From Candidatus Woesearchaeota archaeon (GTDB taxonomy: Archaea > Nanobdellota > Nanobdellia > Woesearchaeales > UBA583), in contig OZ242164.1 of assembly GCA_965205335.1 (NCBI GenBank), positions 416,046 to 480,045 on the forward strand: a DNA stretch of 64,000 nt, given 5' to 3'. Shown one piece after another: positions 10,028-20,041 of this stretch. The translations under genes were made by a program, and so were the position numbers. The notes beneath the pieces were generated by a model. That model saw only the letters and a list, made by a program, of their open reading frames with translations, was not told where the DNA came from and ran no database searches. Each line of letters opens with the position of its first letter. Positions within the stretch are counted from its first letter, which is position 1.

Positions 10028-11425
10028 ATGAAATCTCAAATAGATACTTACTTTAAATCAATTGATGAATACATTGAAAAAGCATATGACATAGCATCAA
10101 AGGCAAAAAAACAAGGATATGACCCAAATGATTCTGTTGAGATGACAATCACAAAAGACATCTCTGAGAGAGTAGAAGGACTTGTTGGAGTTATCTCACC
10201 GCAGGTTCTCGGATGCGGAATTGCCCAGAGAATAAAAGAACTTGAAGTAGAATACGGAAAATTAGACTGGAGAATTGGGCTGCAAATAGCATATGAAGTA
10301 GCACAGGAGAAATTCTGCAAATTTGAATCAAAAAAAGAAGCCATGGAAGTAGGAATCCGCATTGGCTTTGCATATTTAACACTTGGTATTGTAAGTGCTC
10401 CTCTTGAAGGATTCATAGGAATCGAATTTAAAAAAAGAAATGACGGTGATGAATATGTAGCAATGACTTTTGCTGGTCCCATTAGAGCAGCAGGAGGAAC
10501 AGCAGGAGCAGTAGTTGTTCTAATTGGAGATTTCGTGAGAGTGAAAATGGGTTATAAAACTTATGATGTTACCCAAGCCGAACTAAAAAGATTCCACACA
10601 GAACTTATGGATTATCACGAAAGATGCGTTAGATTACAATACGTCCCAACAGAAAAAGAAACACATTTTCTAATAAAAAACATAGGAGTTGAAATATCAG
10701 GAGACCCCTCAGAAGATATTGAAGTATCTAACTATAAAGACCTGCCAAGAATTAACACAAACAGAATCAGAGGAGGAATGTGCCTTGTAGTTGGAGAATG
10801 CCTTATCCAAAAAGCCGCCAAACTATACAAAAGAATTGAAGAGTGGGGAAAAGAATTTGGCGTTGGACAATGGTTGTTTCTTAAGAAATTTCTTGACTTG
10901 CAAAAAAAAATCAAAGCAAAAACAGAAGAAACAACAAAAAAGAAAGAAGATGAAAACAAACCAAAAATTCTCCCAAACTACACATTCATACAAGACATTG
11001 TAGCAGGAAGACCAATATTTACATTCCCGATGGAAAAAGGAGGATTTAGATTACGTTATGGAAGAAGTAGAACATCAGGATTTGCATCAAGTTCAGTATC
11101 AGCCCAGACTATGGAAATACTTAATGACTTCATAGGGGTTGGAACTCAATTAAAAATTGAAAGACCTGGAAAAGCAACAGTAATAACTGCATGTGATACA
11201 ATAGAACCTCCAATAGTGAAACTGAAAGATGGGAGCGTAAAAAGACTAAGCACGCAAGAAGAAGCAAAAAAATACTCAAAAGAAATAGAAGAAATAATAC
11301 ACCTTGGAGACTTACTAATCTCATACGGAGAATTCTCAGAGAACAATCATCCCCTTGTTCCAAACGGATACTGTGAAGAAGAATGGGCATTAGAACTCAT
11401 TGACAAACTAAACAAAAAACAATAA
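10028..11425 (+). CDS. polC: DNA polymerase II (PolD) large subunit DP2, N-terminal about 465 aa only
   Basis: Collinear by recall with the Pyrococcus DP2 N-terminus: IDEYIEKAYDIASKAKKQGYDP, GIVSAPLEGF, YAGPIRAAGGTAGA, GGFRLRYGRSRTSGF, IVKLKDGSV. Stops where Pyrococcus DP2 continues for about 750 aa more. Confidence 0.9.
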   Translation: MKSQIDTYFKSIDEYIEKAYDIASKAKKQGYDPNDSVEMTITKDISERVEGLVGVISPQVLGCGIAQRIKELEVEYGKLDWRIGLQIAYEVAQEKFCKFESKKEAMEVGIRIGFAYLTLGIVSAPLEGFIGIEFKKRNDGDEYVAMTFAGPIRAAGGTAGAVVVLIGDFVRVKMGYKTYDVTQAELKRFHTELMDYHERCVRLQYVPTEKETHFLIKNIGVEISGDPSEDIEVSNYKDLPRINTNRIRGGMCLVVGECLIQKAAKLYKRIEEWGKEFGVGQWLFLKKFLDLQKKIKAKTEETTKKKEDENKPKILPNYTFIQDIVAGRPIFTFPMEKGGFRLRYGRSRTSGFASSSVSAQTMEILNDFIGVGTQLKIERPGKATVITACDTIEPPIVKLKDGSVKRLSTQEEAKKYSKEIEEIIHLGDLLISYGEFSENNHPLVPNGYCEEEWALELIDKLNKKQ

Positions 11426-11459
11426 ACTATAACAAAAAAACAATAAATTTATACTACTC

Positions 11460-14400
11460 CTAAACCTTCTCCATACTAACCACTAACTTTTTACCCTTAA
11501 TCTCAAACTCAAACTTCTTTCCTAAACTATGACTAAGAATATCCTCTGCTCCAACCCTTCCTTTAATCAAAGATGAACAATTAAACGCAAGTTCCATATA
11601 ATAATCATCCGAACCCTCAAAACTAATATTAACCAAATCAGACTTATTCAAACCCAAATCCTTCCTGATAGACTGAACCCTCCTTATCAATTCCCTTAAA
11701 TACCCCTGCTCAAGCAAAATCTCATCCTGATGAGTATGTAAAATAACATTTCCGCAACTAAAATCAGACGAAACAAGCTCATCAGATAAACTCATCTCTT
11801 TAATAATATGACGTTCAAAATCAATCTCCAGACCGTCATAAACCCCATTAGAGTTGCCATCCTTTAAATCCTTTGCAATACTATCCTTATTCTTATTAAT
11901 TGCACTAATAACCGAACTTGGATTATCAAAATCCCTCTTTAACTCCGAAAAATTAGGCTTAACAATATAACTAAAATCAATCTCCCCTAAATCATAACTA
12001 ACCTTTGAAACATTTGTTAATTTTTTAATCAGACCCTCAAACACTAAAAGTTTAGAACTCAAATCAACACCTGAACCAATATCAATCTGAGACAAAGGCC
12101 AGCGAACACCAATATTTGTCCTCTCTCTTGCATTTAAAACTGCTCCTATAACCTCACGCGCCAACTCAAAATTTGAATCAACCTCAAGCTCGCAAACCTT
12201 CTTAACAAGCAAAGAATCAACAGACGGAAAACTCTCAAGAAAAACAGATTCCCTCTTATTAAAAATAAAACTATCTTGATACAAAGCTTCAGCCTTAAAA
12301 GGAATAGCACACGAAAGCATAACCAAAGACTTTCTCAAAACCTCATTTAAAACAAAAATCAAATCCTCATCCCTACTCTCACAAATATCCTTAACCAACT
12401 TCAAATAAACCTTTGAAAAATCATTTACAATAAAACTCTCAACCTCCTTAAAAGCCACATTCAATCTAAAATGTTCCATATCTAACTCAAAACTCTCAAC
12501 AACACTATTCAACCTATACAAAATCCACATATGAACAGAATCAAGACTTGTCAAAGAAACACTTGGAGTTCTATTTACACTATACTCACCCAGATAAGAA
12601 TTACAGAACTTAAACACATTCTCCAAAGTATTAAAAAAACCATAAACTATTGAAAACTCATCAGGATCAAAATTTATCACATCCTCAGTAGCCCTTTTTG
12701 TCAAAAGATAATACCTTGTAGCATCACTTCCCCACCTATTAATTGCTTCTACGCCATCAATCCCATTACCCAAAGACTTAGACATCTTAACCCCGTTCTT
12801 ATCCATAACATACCTGTAAAATAAAACCTGATTATAAGGTGCTTTCTCACAAACCACATACCCTACATTAAACAAAGAAGAAAACCAACCTCTTATCTGG
12901 TCCTCCCCTTCCGTAATCCACGAGATAGGATAGTACTTCTTAATTATCTCATCAAAAGAAAGCCCCTCGCCATAATGAGATGCAAAAGAGGCGCAACCCG
13001 AATCAAACCACACATCCGCAATAAACGGAACTCTTCTCATTACCTTTCCGCTCTTCTCATTTGCAAACTCAACTCCCTCTAAATCATCAATATGCAAATC
13101 ATCAAAAGACTTGCCACATCTTTTCTCCAATTCCTCCTTTGAACCAATCACTTCGTAATTCCCATCCTCATCTTCCCAAATAGGAAGCGGAATACCCCAA
13201 TACCTCTGCCTTGAAATTGCCCAGTCCCCAGCACTCTCCATTAAATTATTAAAACTTGCCTTTGCCGATTGAGGAAACCACTTAACATTACTATTCTCCT
13301 TTATAATATCACCTGTAATCTCTGACCTCTTAATCCACCATTGATCTGCTGCTCTATAAACAATTGGAGTCTTGCACCTCCAACAGCAAGGATACCTATG
13401 CGACTTTATCTCATTATGAAGCAAAAACCCCTTCTCTTTAAGATACGAAATAGCAACTGAATCAACATCTTTAAAATACATCCCCTCATACTTACCCTCT
13501 GAAAAATTTCCTTTCCCATCAACAGGACAGAAAATTGGAATATTATATTTCTTTCCAATCTCATAATCATCAAACCCATGTCCTGGGGCTATATGAACAA
13601 GTCCTGTCCCATCAGACTTAGAACCTCCCCCTGATAACTCCTTTGAATTATCCTCATTTACACCTTCTCCAACTTCCTCATCATTTTCCCTCTCATCTTC
13701 CTTCTTATCCGAATGCTTATAACCTCTCTTATCCAACTTATCAAAAATATCCTCCTGCTCATTAAGAGTTACAAAATCCGCCATAATAACACTATGAATA
13801 TGCTTATGCTCAGATCTTACAAAACTCTTCTGTGAAGGCGTCTCATCCATATAAATATGAACATACCTAACACCCTCAAACTCAATTCCTAACTTAACCT
13901 CTAAAATTGAAACTAACTTAATATCATTTGACTTGGAAATCTTCTCAATAACATTCTCAACAAGGCTCTGGGCAATAATCAAAACCTCTTTTTTACCATT
14001 TAACTCAACCAAAACCTTAGCGTAACTAAACTTAGGATGCATTGCAATTGCCATATCCGACTGAAGAGTCCAAGGAGTTGTTGTCCATATAACCAATGAT
14101 TCCTCATACTGCGTTGTTCTCTCATTTTCACAAAGTGGAAACTTAACATAAATACTTGGATCATCTAAAACCTTATAAGTATCCTTAATCTCATAATCAG
14201 ACAAAGTAGTCTCATCATTTGGACACCACGCAACAGTCTTATAATCCTTATACAGCAAACCCTTCTCCTGAGCCTTCTTAAAATACATCCAAGAACTTGA
14301 AATATAATCTGGGTGTGATGTCTGATACTGATTTGGATCAAGCCACAAACCATACCTGCTCCGAACTCCTTTCATATCATTTATTATCTCTGATATATAC

Positions 14401-14759
14401 TTTTTACATTCTCTTAGAAAATTCTCAACACCAAATTCCTTCAAATCATCAACTGTTTTAAGATTCAATTTATTCTGAACCTTATTCTCAACAGGAAGCC
14501 CATGAACATCATATCCATCTCTGGCGTAAACATCCTCCCCACAAAACCTCCTAAACCTTAAAACACAATCCTTAATTGCCCAGTTTCTTAAATGTCCTAA
14601 ATGAGCATCCCCTGTTGGATAAGGAGGACCTTCTACAAAATTAAACTTCTTTAAGCCCTTATTTTTAGAATTAACTTTTTGAAAAATATTATTATTCTCC
14701 CAGAATTCTAATATCTCAACCTCTCTTGCAAACTTATCCTTATTCATAACTAAATTCAA
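11460..14759 (-). CDS. ileS: isoleucyl-tRNA synthetase
   Basis: 1099 aa. HIGH-type motif PTGDAHLGHLRN, KMSKS motif KMSKSLGN, and WCPNDETTL editing-region motifs. Confidence 0.95.
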   Translation of the reverse strand: MNLVMNKDKFAREVEILEFWENNNIFQKVNSKNKGLKKFNFVEGPPYPTGDAHLGHLRNWAIKDCVLRFRRFCGEDVYARDGYDVHGLPVENKVQNKLNLKTVDDLKEFGVENFLRECKKYISEIINDMKGVRSRYGLWLDPNQYQTSHPDYISSSWMYFKKAQEKGLLYKDYKTVAWCPNDETTLSDYEIKDTYKVLDDPSIYVKFPLCENERTTQYEESLVIWTTTPWTLQSDMAIAMHPKFSYAKVLVELNGKKEVLIIAQSLVENVIEKISKSNDIKLVSILEVKLGIEFEGVRYVHIYMDETPSQKSFVRSEHKHIHSVIMADFVTLNEQEDIFDKLDKRGYKHSDKKEDERENDEEVGEGVNEDNSKELSGGGSKSDGTGLVHIAPGHGFDDYEIGKKYNIPIFCPVDGKGNFSEGKYEGMYFKDVDSVAISYLKEKGFLLHNEIKSHRYPCCWRCKTPIVYRAADQWWIKRSEITGDIIKENSNVKWFPQSAKASFNNLMESAGDWAISRQRYWGIPLPIWEDEDGNYEVIGSKEELEKRCGKSFDDLHIDDLEGVEFANEKSGKVMRRVPFIADVWFDSGCASFASHYGEGLSFDEIIKKYYPISWITEGEDQIRGWFSSLFNVGYVVCEKAPYNQVLFYRYVMDKNGVKMSKSLGNGIDGVEAINRWGSDATRYYLLTKRATEDVINFDPDEFSIVYGFFNTLENVFKFCNSYLGEYSVNRTPSVSLTSLDSVHMWILYRLNSVVESFELDMEHFRLNVAFKEVESFIVNDFSKVYLKLVKDICESRDEDLIFVLNEVLRKSLVMLSCAIPFKAEALYQDSFIFNKRESVFLESFPSVDSLLVKKVCELEVDSNFELAREVIGAVLNARERTNIGVRWPLSQIDIGSGVDLSSKLLVFEGLIKKLTNVSKVSYDLGEIDFSYIVKPNFSELKRDFDNPSSVISAINKNKDSIAKDLKDGNSNGVYDGLEIDFERHIIKEMSLSDELVSSDFSCGNVILHTHQDEILLEQGYLRELIRRVQSIRKDLGLNKSDLVNISFEGSDDYYMELAFNCSSLIKGRVGAEDILSHSLGKKFEFEIKGKKLVVSMEKV

Positions 14760-14965
14760 AAGTAACCATTTATAAAATTAACTTATAAAATCTGTTAACA
14801 TCACCACACTACATCAAAACAAGAAATCAATATAAATCACATTTAGAATAAAAACATTGTCATTTTGAAGCAGGGTTTACTTCAACCCCACTTAACAAAT
14901 ATTGTCTATCAATCAAACTTGACAACTTGGCTTAAATTAAAATAAAATAAATTCCATTAAAGAAT

Positions 14966-17365
14966 TTATCCTACATTAACTTGTGAACCTTCTAAGTTGC
15001 CAGAACTTAATCTGCTAGCAGCTGCTGATGTATCAGCACCTGACCAACCATAGACTAAAACGGAGTTCACACTCTCAAACATTCTAATCTGACCCTGTCC
15101 AGGAGATAAACCTGAAACAGCACCCATTGATGGGTATGGAAGGCTAAGTAGTTGAGCCGCAACCCTGTTAACAGCAGGACCTCCAACAACAATCATATTA
15201 CTTGTTCCAGTAACCTGACTATCTAACAAAGGACCTGAGATTGCAAAAGTAACTGCTCCCTCTCTCATATCATTAACCTCTACATTTTTGTACATGCTTT
15301 CTCCTTTAAGTTCATCAGCTCTCTCTTCAGCCTCTTCCATTGTCATAAATGATTCAGACATAAACTCAGTTCTGTCGCCTCCACCAAATACAACTGATAC
15401 TTCTGCTCTAACCTGCTCATCAGGAGTCATAATAATTACTTCTTCTTTATCATCAGAATCATACTCTACCATTACACCGTAACTATTAACGAAAGTCTTG
15501 AAATCATTACTATCTTCTTCGTTATCTTCCTCTCCATCATTTACCCAAACAACTTCTCCATCTGCAATAGTACTTAGTGTAGTTCTATCTGCATCATTTC
15601 TAAGCATTGGCTCGGCAATTTTAAACTCTTCATCCTCATCATCCCAAGTTATATCTATTCTAACGTAATTAACTTCATCTCCATCGTCATCATAGCTTAC
15701 ATCTCCTTCATCAACCACGAAATTAAGAGACGATTTATCATTAGCGCCTTCAGAATCTGCTATTAATTCCAGATACAATTCATTTTCGAATGGGATAGCA
15801 TTTCCAAGAACAGCATAATCTACTGTCATTTCATCGACTCCATTTGCATCTTTTTCAAATGCACCTCCTAATTCATCAACCCATTCTACAACTTTAACAT
15901 CATCTAAGTCATCTCCTCTTAATAGTTCATCAAAGTCAGTTTCATAGTTGTTATCATTAACGTTAGTAACTTCATACAAGAAAGCATCATCTTCATTACC
16001 TACTAAAAACGCTGTACCCTCAAGACTACTATTCACAACAAAACTTGGGATTTTAACGCTTGAATCTTTGAAATGTAATCTATTCTCATCTCTATCACCT
16101 CTAACCCAGATGGTATCACTATCAGAGTGAAGTAAAGCTCGGTTAAGAGTTTCACCTTCATCTGTTTCACCTGAAATTGTAATTTCATCACCGTCAGCAG
16201 TTAGTCTAACTTCACTATAATCAGGGTCATTAGTTCCTTCATACACTAATTCAAATGCATCAAACAGAACATCTTTAAGAGAATCTCCTTCCTGCAATAG
16301 AACATCATCATCTACCCTATAAGTAATTATAATCTTATCTAAACCTTCTCCTTGAAACATTACATTAATATCGTATTCATCTTCATACATGTCATCAAAA
16401 TCTTCATCGTTAACTTTAACTCTTCCTTCTTCAAGTGTAAGTTTAGAACCACCAACAACTAAAACAGCATTACCTTTGGTATGCTGTGAACCTGAAACTA
16501 AATCTGTAATAGCAATTGTAAGTCCGCTTACATCTTCTGAGTCATATTCATCAATTGACTGTGCATCACCATCAACTTCAAGTAAAACCTCATCATCATC
16601 TATATTCAGAACCTTAATATCATAAGTTCTTCCTCCAAATGGAACAGAGATGGATGCACCCTCACTTAAAGCATACGTCTGAGAACCACCAGTTAAAACT
16701 AACTTGTTAATATCGCCACTATCATCAGTTCTAACGTCAGCGACAACAAACTCATTGCCCATTATCTCTAATTCATGACCTATTAATTTATCTTTGTAAT
16801 CCTCCTCTTTTAAAAGAGGAATATCACCATTTATATCTAAAGTGTATTCTGCAAACTCTTCACCACTTTCATAGAAAATACCGTCAGTGATTTCTTCCAC
16901 GCCATCAACTTCATCTTTTAAAGCATAGTTGAACTTTCCATTAAGTAAAAGTAAAGTCTGCTCATAATCTTCATCAGAAATGTCATTATCAAACCTCTTA
17001 TCCTCTAATACATCAGTATCAGAGTCATCAAATCCTCCTGATTCTGCAACATTTTCAAGATCTTCACCAAAGTTTAATTCAGCATTAGATCTTACTGCAT
17101 CTATCGTATCACCGCCTCCACCACTTGTGGATTTGATATAAGTAACCTCATATTTCATAGTCTCTGTCTTAAGAGAATCAATAATCATGTTAGCCGCAGT
17201 TGAATCAGAAGCCTGAGCCGCTGCACCTACTACAACATTAACTCCTGTATTATTAAAATTATCAGGATAATTGCTTAATCCAGCACCAAAAACCGCTGAA
17301 CTTGCCATCACAGCAGATGTTGCCACTGCTGTAATTTTTCTCGTCGCTTTTGTAAAAGCTCCCAT
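14966..17365 (-). CDS. highly acidic secreted surface protein, putative S-layer protein
   Basis: 799 aa with an N-terminal signal peptide and very high Asp/Glu content. C-terminal MIVVGGPAVNRVAAQLL resembles archaeal S-layer modules. Preceded by a long upstream non-coding region. Confidence 0.45.
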   Translation of the reverse strand: MGAFTKATRKITAVATSAVMASSAVFGAGLSNYPDNFNNTGVNVVVGAAAQASDSTAANMIIDSLKTETMKYEVTYIKSTSGGGGDTIDAVRSNAELNFGEDLENVAESGGFDDSDTDVLEDKRFDNDISDEDYEQTLLLLNGKFNYALKDEVDGVEEITDGIFYESGEEFAEYTLDINGDIPLLKEEDYKDKLIGHELEIMGNEFVVADVRTDDSGDINKLVLTGGSQTYALSEGASISVPFGGRTYDIKVLNIDDDEVLLEVDGDAQSIDEYDSEDVSGLTIAITDLVSGSQHTKGNAVLVVGGSKLTLEEGRVKVNDEDFDDMYEDEYDINVMFQGEGLDKIIITYRVDDDVLLQEGDSLKDVLFDAFELVYEGTNDPDYSEVRLTADGDEITISGETDEGETLNRALLHSDSDTIWVRGDRDENRLHFKDSSVKIPSFVVNSSLEGTAFLVGNEDDAFLYEVTNVNDNNYETDFDELLRGDDLDDVKVVEWVDELGGAFEKDANGVDEMTVDYAVLGNAIPFENELYLELIADSEGANDKSSLNFVVDEGDVSYDDDGDEVNYVRIDITWDDEDEEFKIAEPMLRNDADRTTLSTIADGEVVWVNDGEEDNEEDSNDFKTFVNSYGVMVEYDSDDKEEVIIMTPDEQVRAEVSVVFGGGDRTEFMSESFMTMEEAEERADELKGESMYKNVEVNDMREGAVTFAISGPLLDSQVTGTSNMIVVGGPAVNRVAAQLLSLPYPSMGAVSGLSPGQGQIRMFESVNSVLVYGWSGADTSAAASRLSSGNLEGSQVNVG

Positions 17366-17706
17366 TTTTCTTTTTTTATTAATATTTTAAACCTCTCTAT
17401 TTCTTACAACATAATTTATATTTCACAAAATATTAAAAAATGTAGTAATCCCTCTTTAATGATAAAACCCCAATAGTGACTAACAGATATAAAAATATAA
17501 GGACAAACAATCTTCTTCTCCATTCATACAGTTTCAAAATTTAACCACTCAAAATCACTCAAGTTTATGTTATTTATAAAATTCTCTCCTCTTTTTCTTT
17601 GGTTATCAGTCAATTTGTTAGTTCTTCTTTTGAGAACCACCTATATAATACTTTGCCGACTTTTTTTTCTAATCAAACAAAAAATTTAGTTTGATGTTCA
17701 TTAGGT

Positions 17707-17714
17707 TTTATAAA
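17707..17714 (+). promoter_or_regulatory. TATA box TTTATAAA, 22 nt upstream of ATG 17737
   Basis: Exact motif at the canonical leaderless spacing. Supports the small ORF downstream as real. Confidence 0.5.
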
Positions 17715-17736
17715 TAAACAAACTTCCTAATATATT

Positions 17737-17871
17737 ATGACAGACAAAGAATTAAAAAAGATATTTTCAAAAAGAGGCAAGAAATATATTCCTCTTGATT
17801 TTGGTGGTAGAATGCCAAGTTTTAGAGAGTTTGAGAAAAAATTTAATGAGGCTGCTGAAAATATAAGTTAG
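17737..17871 (+). CDS. small ORF (44 aa), putative antitoxin partner of the downstream RelE/ParE-like gene
   Basis: My translation: MTDKELKKIFSKRGKKYIPLDFGGRMPSFREFEKKFNEAAENIS. Ends 17 nt before the toxin-like gene and has its own TATA box at the canonical spacing. Confidence 0.35.
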   Translation: MTDKELKKIFSKRGKKYIPLDFGGRMPSFREFEKKFNEAAENIS

Positions 17872-17888
17872 TTGTTCTTTTATTTAAA

Positions 17889-18218
17889 ATGGAGAAGGAA
17901 ATTAGATTATATTATATAGAGATAGATGAAAAAGTAATGAAGGAAATTAATAAGTTGGATAAACAATTAAAAAAAAGATGTCTTAGAAAGATCAGACAAC
18001 TTACTGAAAATCCTGCACCTACAAATAAAAAAGATATATTGAAGATAGTTGGTAGATATATGTTATGCAAACTTTCGGTAGATAAAATCAGAATTTATTA
18101 TGAAGTTGGGCGTGGTCATGTGATTATTAAGAGTATAGGATATGATGGAAGAGTAAATGTTAATTACTTATATAATCAGGTAATAAGAATTACCCAAATC
18201 AACAGAGAGATTTTATGA
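17889..18218 (+). CDS. RelE/ParE-family toxin-like protein
   Basis: 109 aa. Shows the LTENP...KLSVDKIRIYYEV...VIIKSIGYDGR pattern typical of RelE/ParE plasmid-stabilisation toxins. Confidence 0.5.
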   Translation: MEKEIRLYYIEIDEKVMKEINKLDKQLKKRCLRKIRQLTENPAPTNKKDILKIVGRYMLCKLSVDKIRIYYEVGRGHVIIKSIGYDGRVNVNYLYNQVIRITQINREIL

Positions 18219-18312
18219 AAAAGTTTTAATATTTTTTGTAAGTAATTTAGCTAAATCAGTATTATTCATAAGTTATATATAAAGAGTTTTGCCGATAATT
18301 CCTTCAAAGTTA

Positions 18313-19299
18313 TTACCTGTCCACATGCTCTATTGTAATACTTGTTCCAATTCTATCCCAATAATCATACTTAAGAGTAATAATTGCAGGCTTCTCATAC
18401 TCTCTCTCCCCTGTTGTATCCTGAACGCAAGTTACAGTATACCTACTTCCCGTTAAAATAATGGTATTATTTCCAGTTCCAGTACCATCACAATCAACAC
18501 CATCAAGCCCAGAATTAAAAGAATAAGCAATCCTATTCTTCTTTCCTAAAGACTCAACACTTGTTGGACTATGCCCATTAATATTACAATCCAAATCAAT
18601 TGAACCTCTCTCATACAAACCAGCATTAGCACTTGTCGGGGTATGGACAATATCAAACTGGACAAAAATACTTGAAGCCCCATACGGAGACTGCTTAACT
18701 TTCTCAATATGAACAGGTGCTCCCGAATTTGAAAAAGCCCTCTCAGAACTCAACTCACAAATCTCAGCACTCTTATCAAGATTAGTTGTCGTATCCCCAT
18801 TAATGCACAGCAAAGTAAACGCTCTCGTCTCATAAGGATAACATACATTAGCATAAATAGTTCTGGAAACCGCACCTGAAATAACCGATTCCGTATACTT
18901 CAAATTACTAAAAATAACCTGCTGGGTTCTTCCCTCAATAACATTACTTCCTTGTTTCTTAAACCCATTCATAGGAGGAATGATTTTAGATATTCCCTCA
19001 TTTGTCAAACCCAAATCCTCAGGCTTAAACCCTGCTAAAACAACATATGCCTCATTCTCACCAATATCAAACTCCCCCTGATTCTTAAGCCGAACTATCA
19101 CCTGAAAAGGTTGCAACTCCTGATCCCGAACAATCCCAGGAGGTGCATTCTCCAAAAACTCAAAAAAAAGACCACTACTCCCTCCATTAAAACTCTCAAT
19201 CTCATAACTGCCCTGTCTGACCTCACCATCTGATGTGCAGGATGCAAACAAAACCATAACAGACATAACCAAAATCAAAAAAATATTTCTCCTCATCAT
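18313..19299 (-). CDS. lipobox-bearing secreted protein, paralogue of 29300-30181
   Basis: Signal peptide ending in LFASC. Shares FSNSGAPVHIEKV with FSNGPLGVKIESV and a similar C-terminal ITLKYDY / ITVRMDY block in the 300-aa protein. Confidence 0.55.
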   Translation of the reverse strand: MMRRNIFLILVMSVMVLFASCTSDGEVRQGSYEIESFNGGSSGLFFEFLENAPPGIVRDQELQPFQVIVRLKNQGEFDIGENEAYVVLAGFKPEDLGLTNEGISKIIPPMNGFKKQGSNVIEGRTQQVIFSNLKYTESVISGAVSRTIYANVCYPYETRAFTLLCINGDTTTNLDKSAEICELSSERAFSNSGAPVHIEKVKQSPYGASSIFVQFDIVHTPTSANAGLYERGSIDLDCNINGHSPTSVESLGKKNRIAYSFNSGLDGVDCDGTGTGNNTIILTGSRYTVTCVQDTTGEREYEKPAIITLKYDYWDRIGTSITIEHVDR

Positions 19300-19976
19300 C
19301 CTTCTCTAAGACCTCCTTCTTTACGGGCTTCCTCTCCCTGCTTCATTTTCCCCAGAGTTTTCCTTGCACTATGTTCTTCTTCCTCATCCCCGCTAATATA
19401 CCAGAAGAACAATCCGAAAATAATAAGAATATACAGCAAAGGATCAGAAAAAAACTCATGCATACCCGAACCGTCAAATCCATCCCATCCAAATCCTCTC
19501 GCATAATAATAAATCACAACCAAAACACCTAAAAATCCAAGCACATACCTAAGCCAATTATTTCCTTCCTCCTTACTTCCGAAGAACTTAGTCAAATCAA
19601 CACCAAGCATTGCGGCGATAATATAAAGAGCTAAAATCCCAAGCGAAAAAGCTGTAACACCTGGAAACAAAGAAATCATCAAATCCCCTACAGTACACTG
19701 CCCCCCGAAAATACTATATGAACTACTATGATACCCGCACGAAGTCTCATCCGTTATGGGAAATGAAACCGCAACAAGAGAAAAAACCAATGCTATAATA
19801 ACCTTAACAGGTTTTTTATCCGCAAAAATCTCAACCTTACTCAATATCGTGAAGACTATTGCATAAATAAGCAAAAAAGGAAAAACAAAATGAAACCAAC
19901 CATAAGCCTCAAGATCATACAGAAAACTTGCAAAATCTACTTCCCTTAACCAATCACTAATTGATGATGAAGCCAT
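19296..19976 (-). CDS. polytopic membrane protein, paralogue of 20042-20926
   Basis: 226 aa. N-terminus SSISDWLREVDF...FPFLLIYAIVFTIL aligns with SSVSEVLRQLDF...FPFLLIFAVMYTVL. GDLMISLFPGVTAFSLGILALYI aligns with GDLLIMMFPNISALTIGILTLYI. Confidence 0.55.
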   Translation of the reverse strand: MASSSISDWLREVDFASFLYDLEAYGWFHFVFPFLLIYAIVFTILSKVEIFADKKPVKVIIALVFSLVAVSFPITDETSCGYHSSSYSIFGGQCTVGDLMISLFPGVTAFSLGILALYIIAAMLGVDLTKFFGSKEEGNNWLRYVLGFLGVLVVIYYYARGFGWDGFDGSGMHEFFSDPLLYILIIFGLFFWYISGDEEEEHSARKTLGKMKQGEEARKEGGLREG

Positions 19977-20041
19977 AATTATCTCTTAAAACCAAGACTT
20001 TATAAAATTTTGTTACTGATCTAAAATACAAACACTAAAAA

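Noticed and set aside
10048-10482. Antisense or shadow ORFs inside well-supported genes (for example 10048-10482, 28163-28504, 28719-29198, 31575-31976, 33279-33722, 35289-35636, 52832-53107, 60844-61365, 61508-61831, 62018-62365)
   Set aside because: Each lies opposite or out of frame within a gene that has clear family motifs. Their composition is low-complexity Ser/Leu/Phe-rich, as expected from reading A-rich coding DNA backwards.
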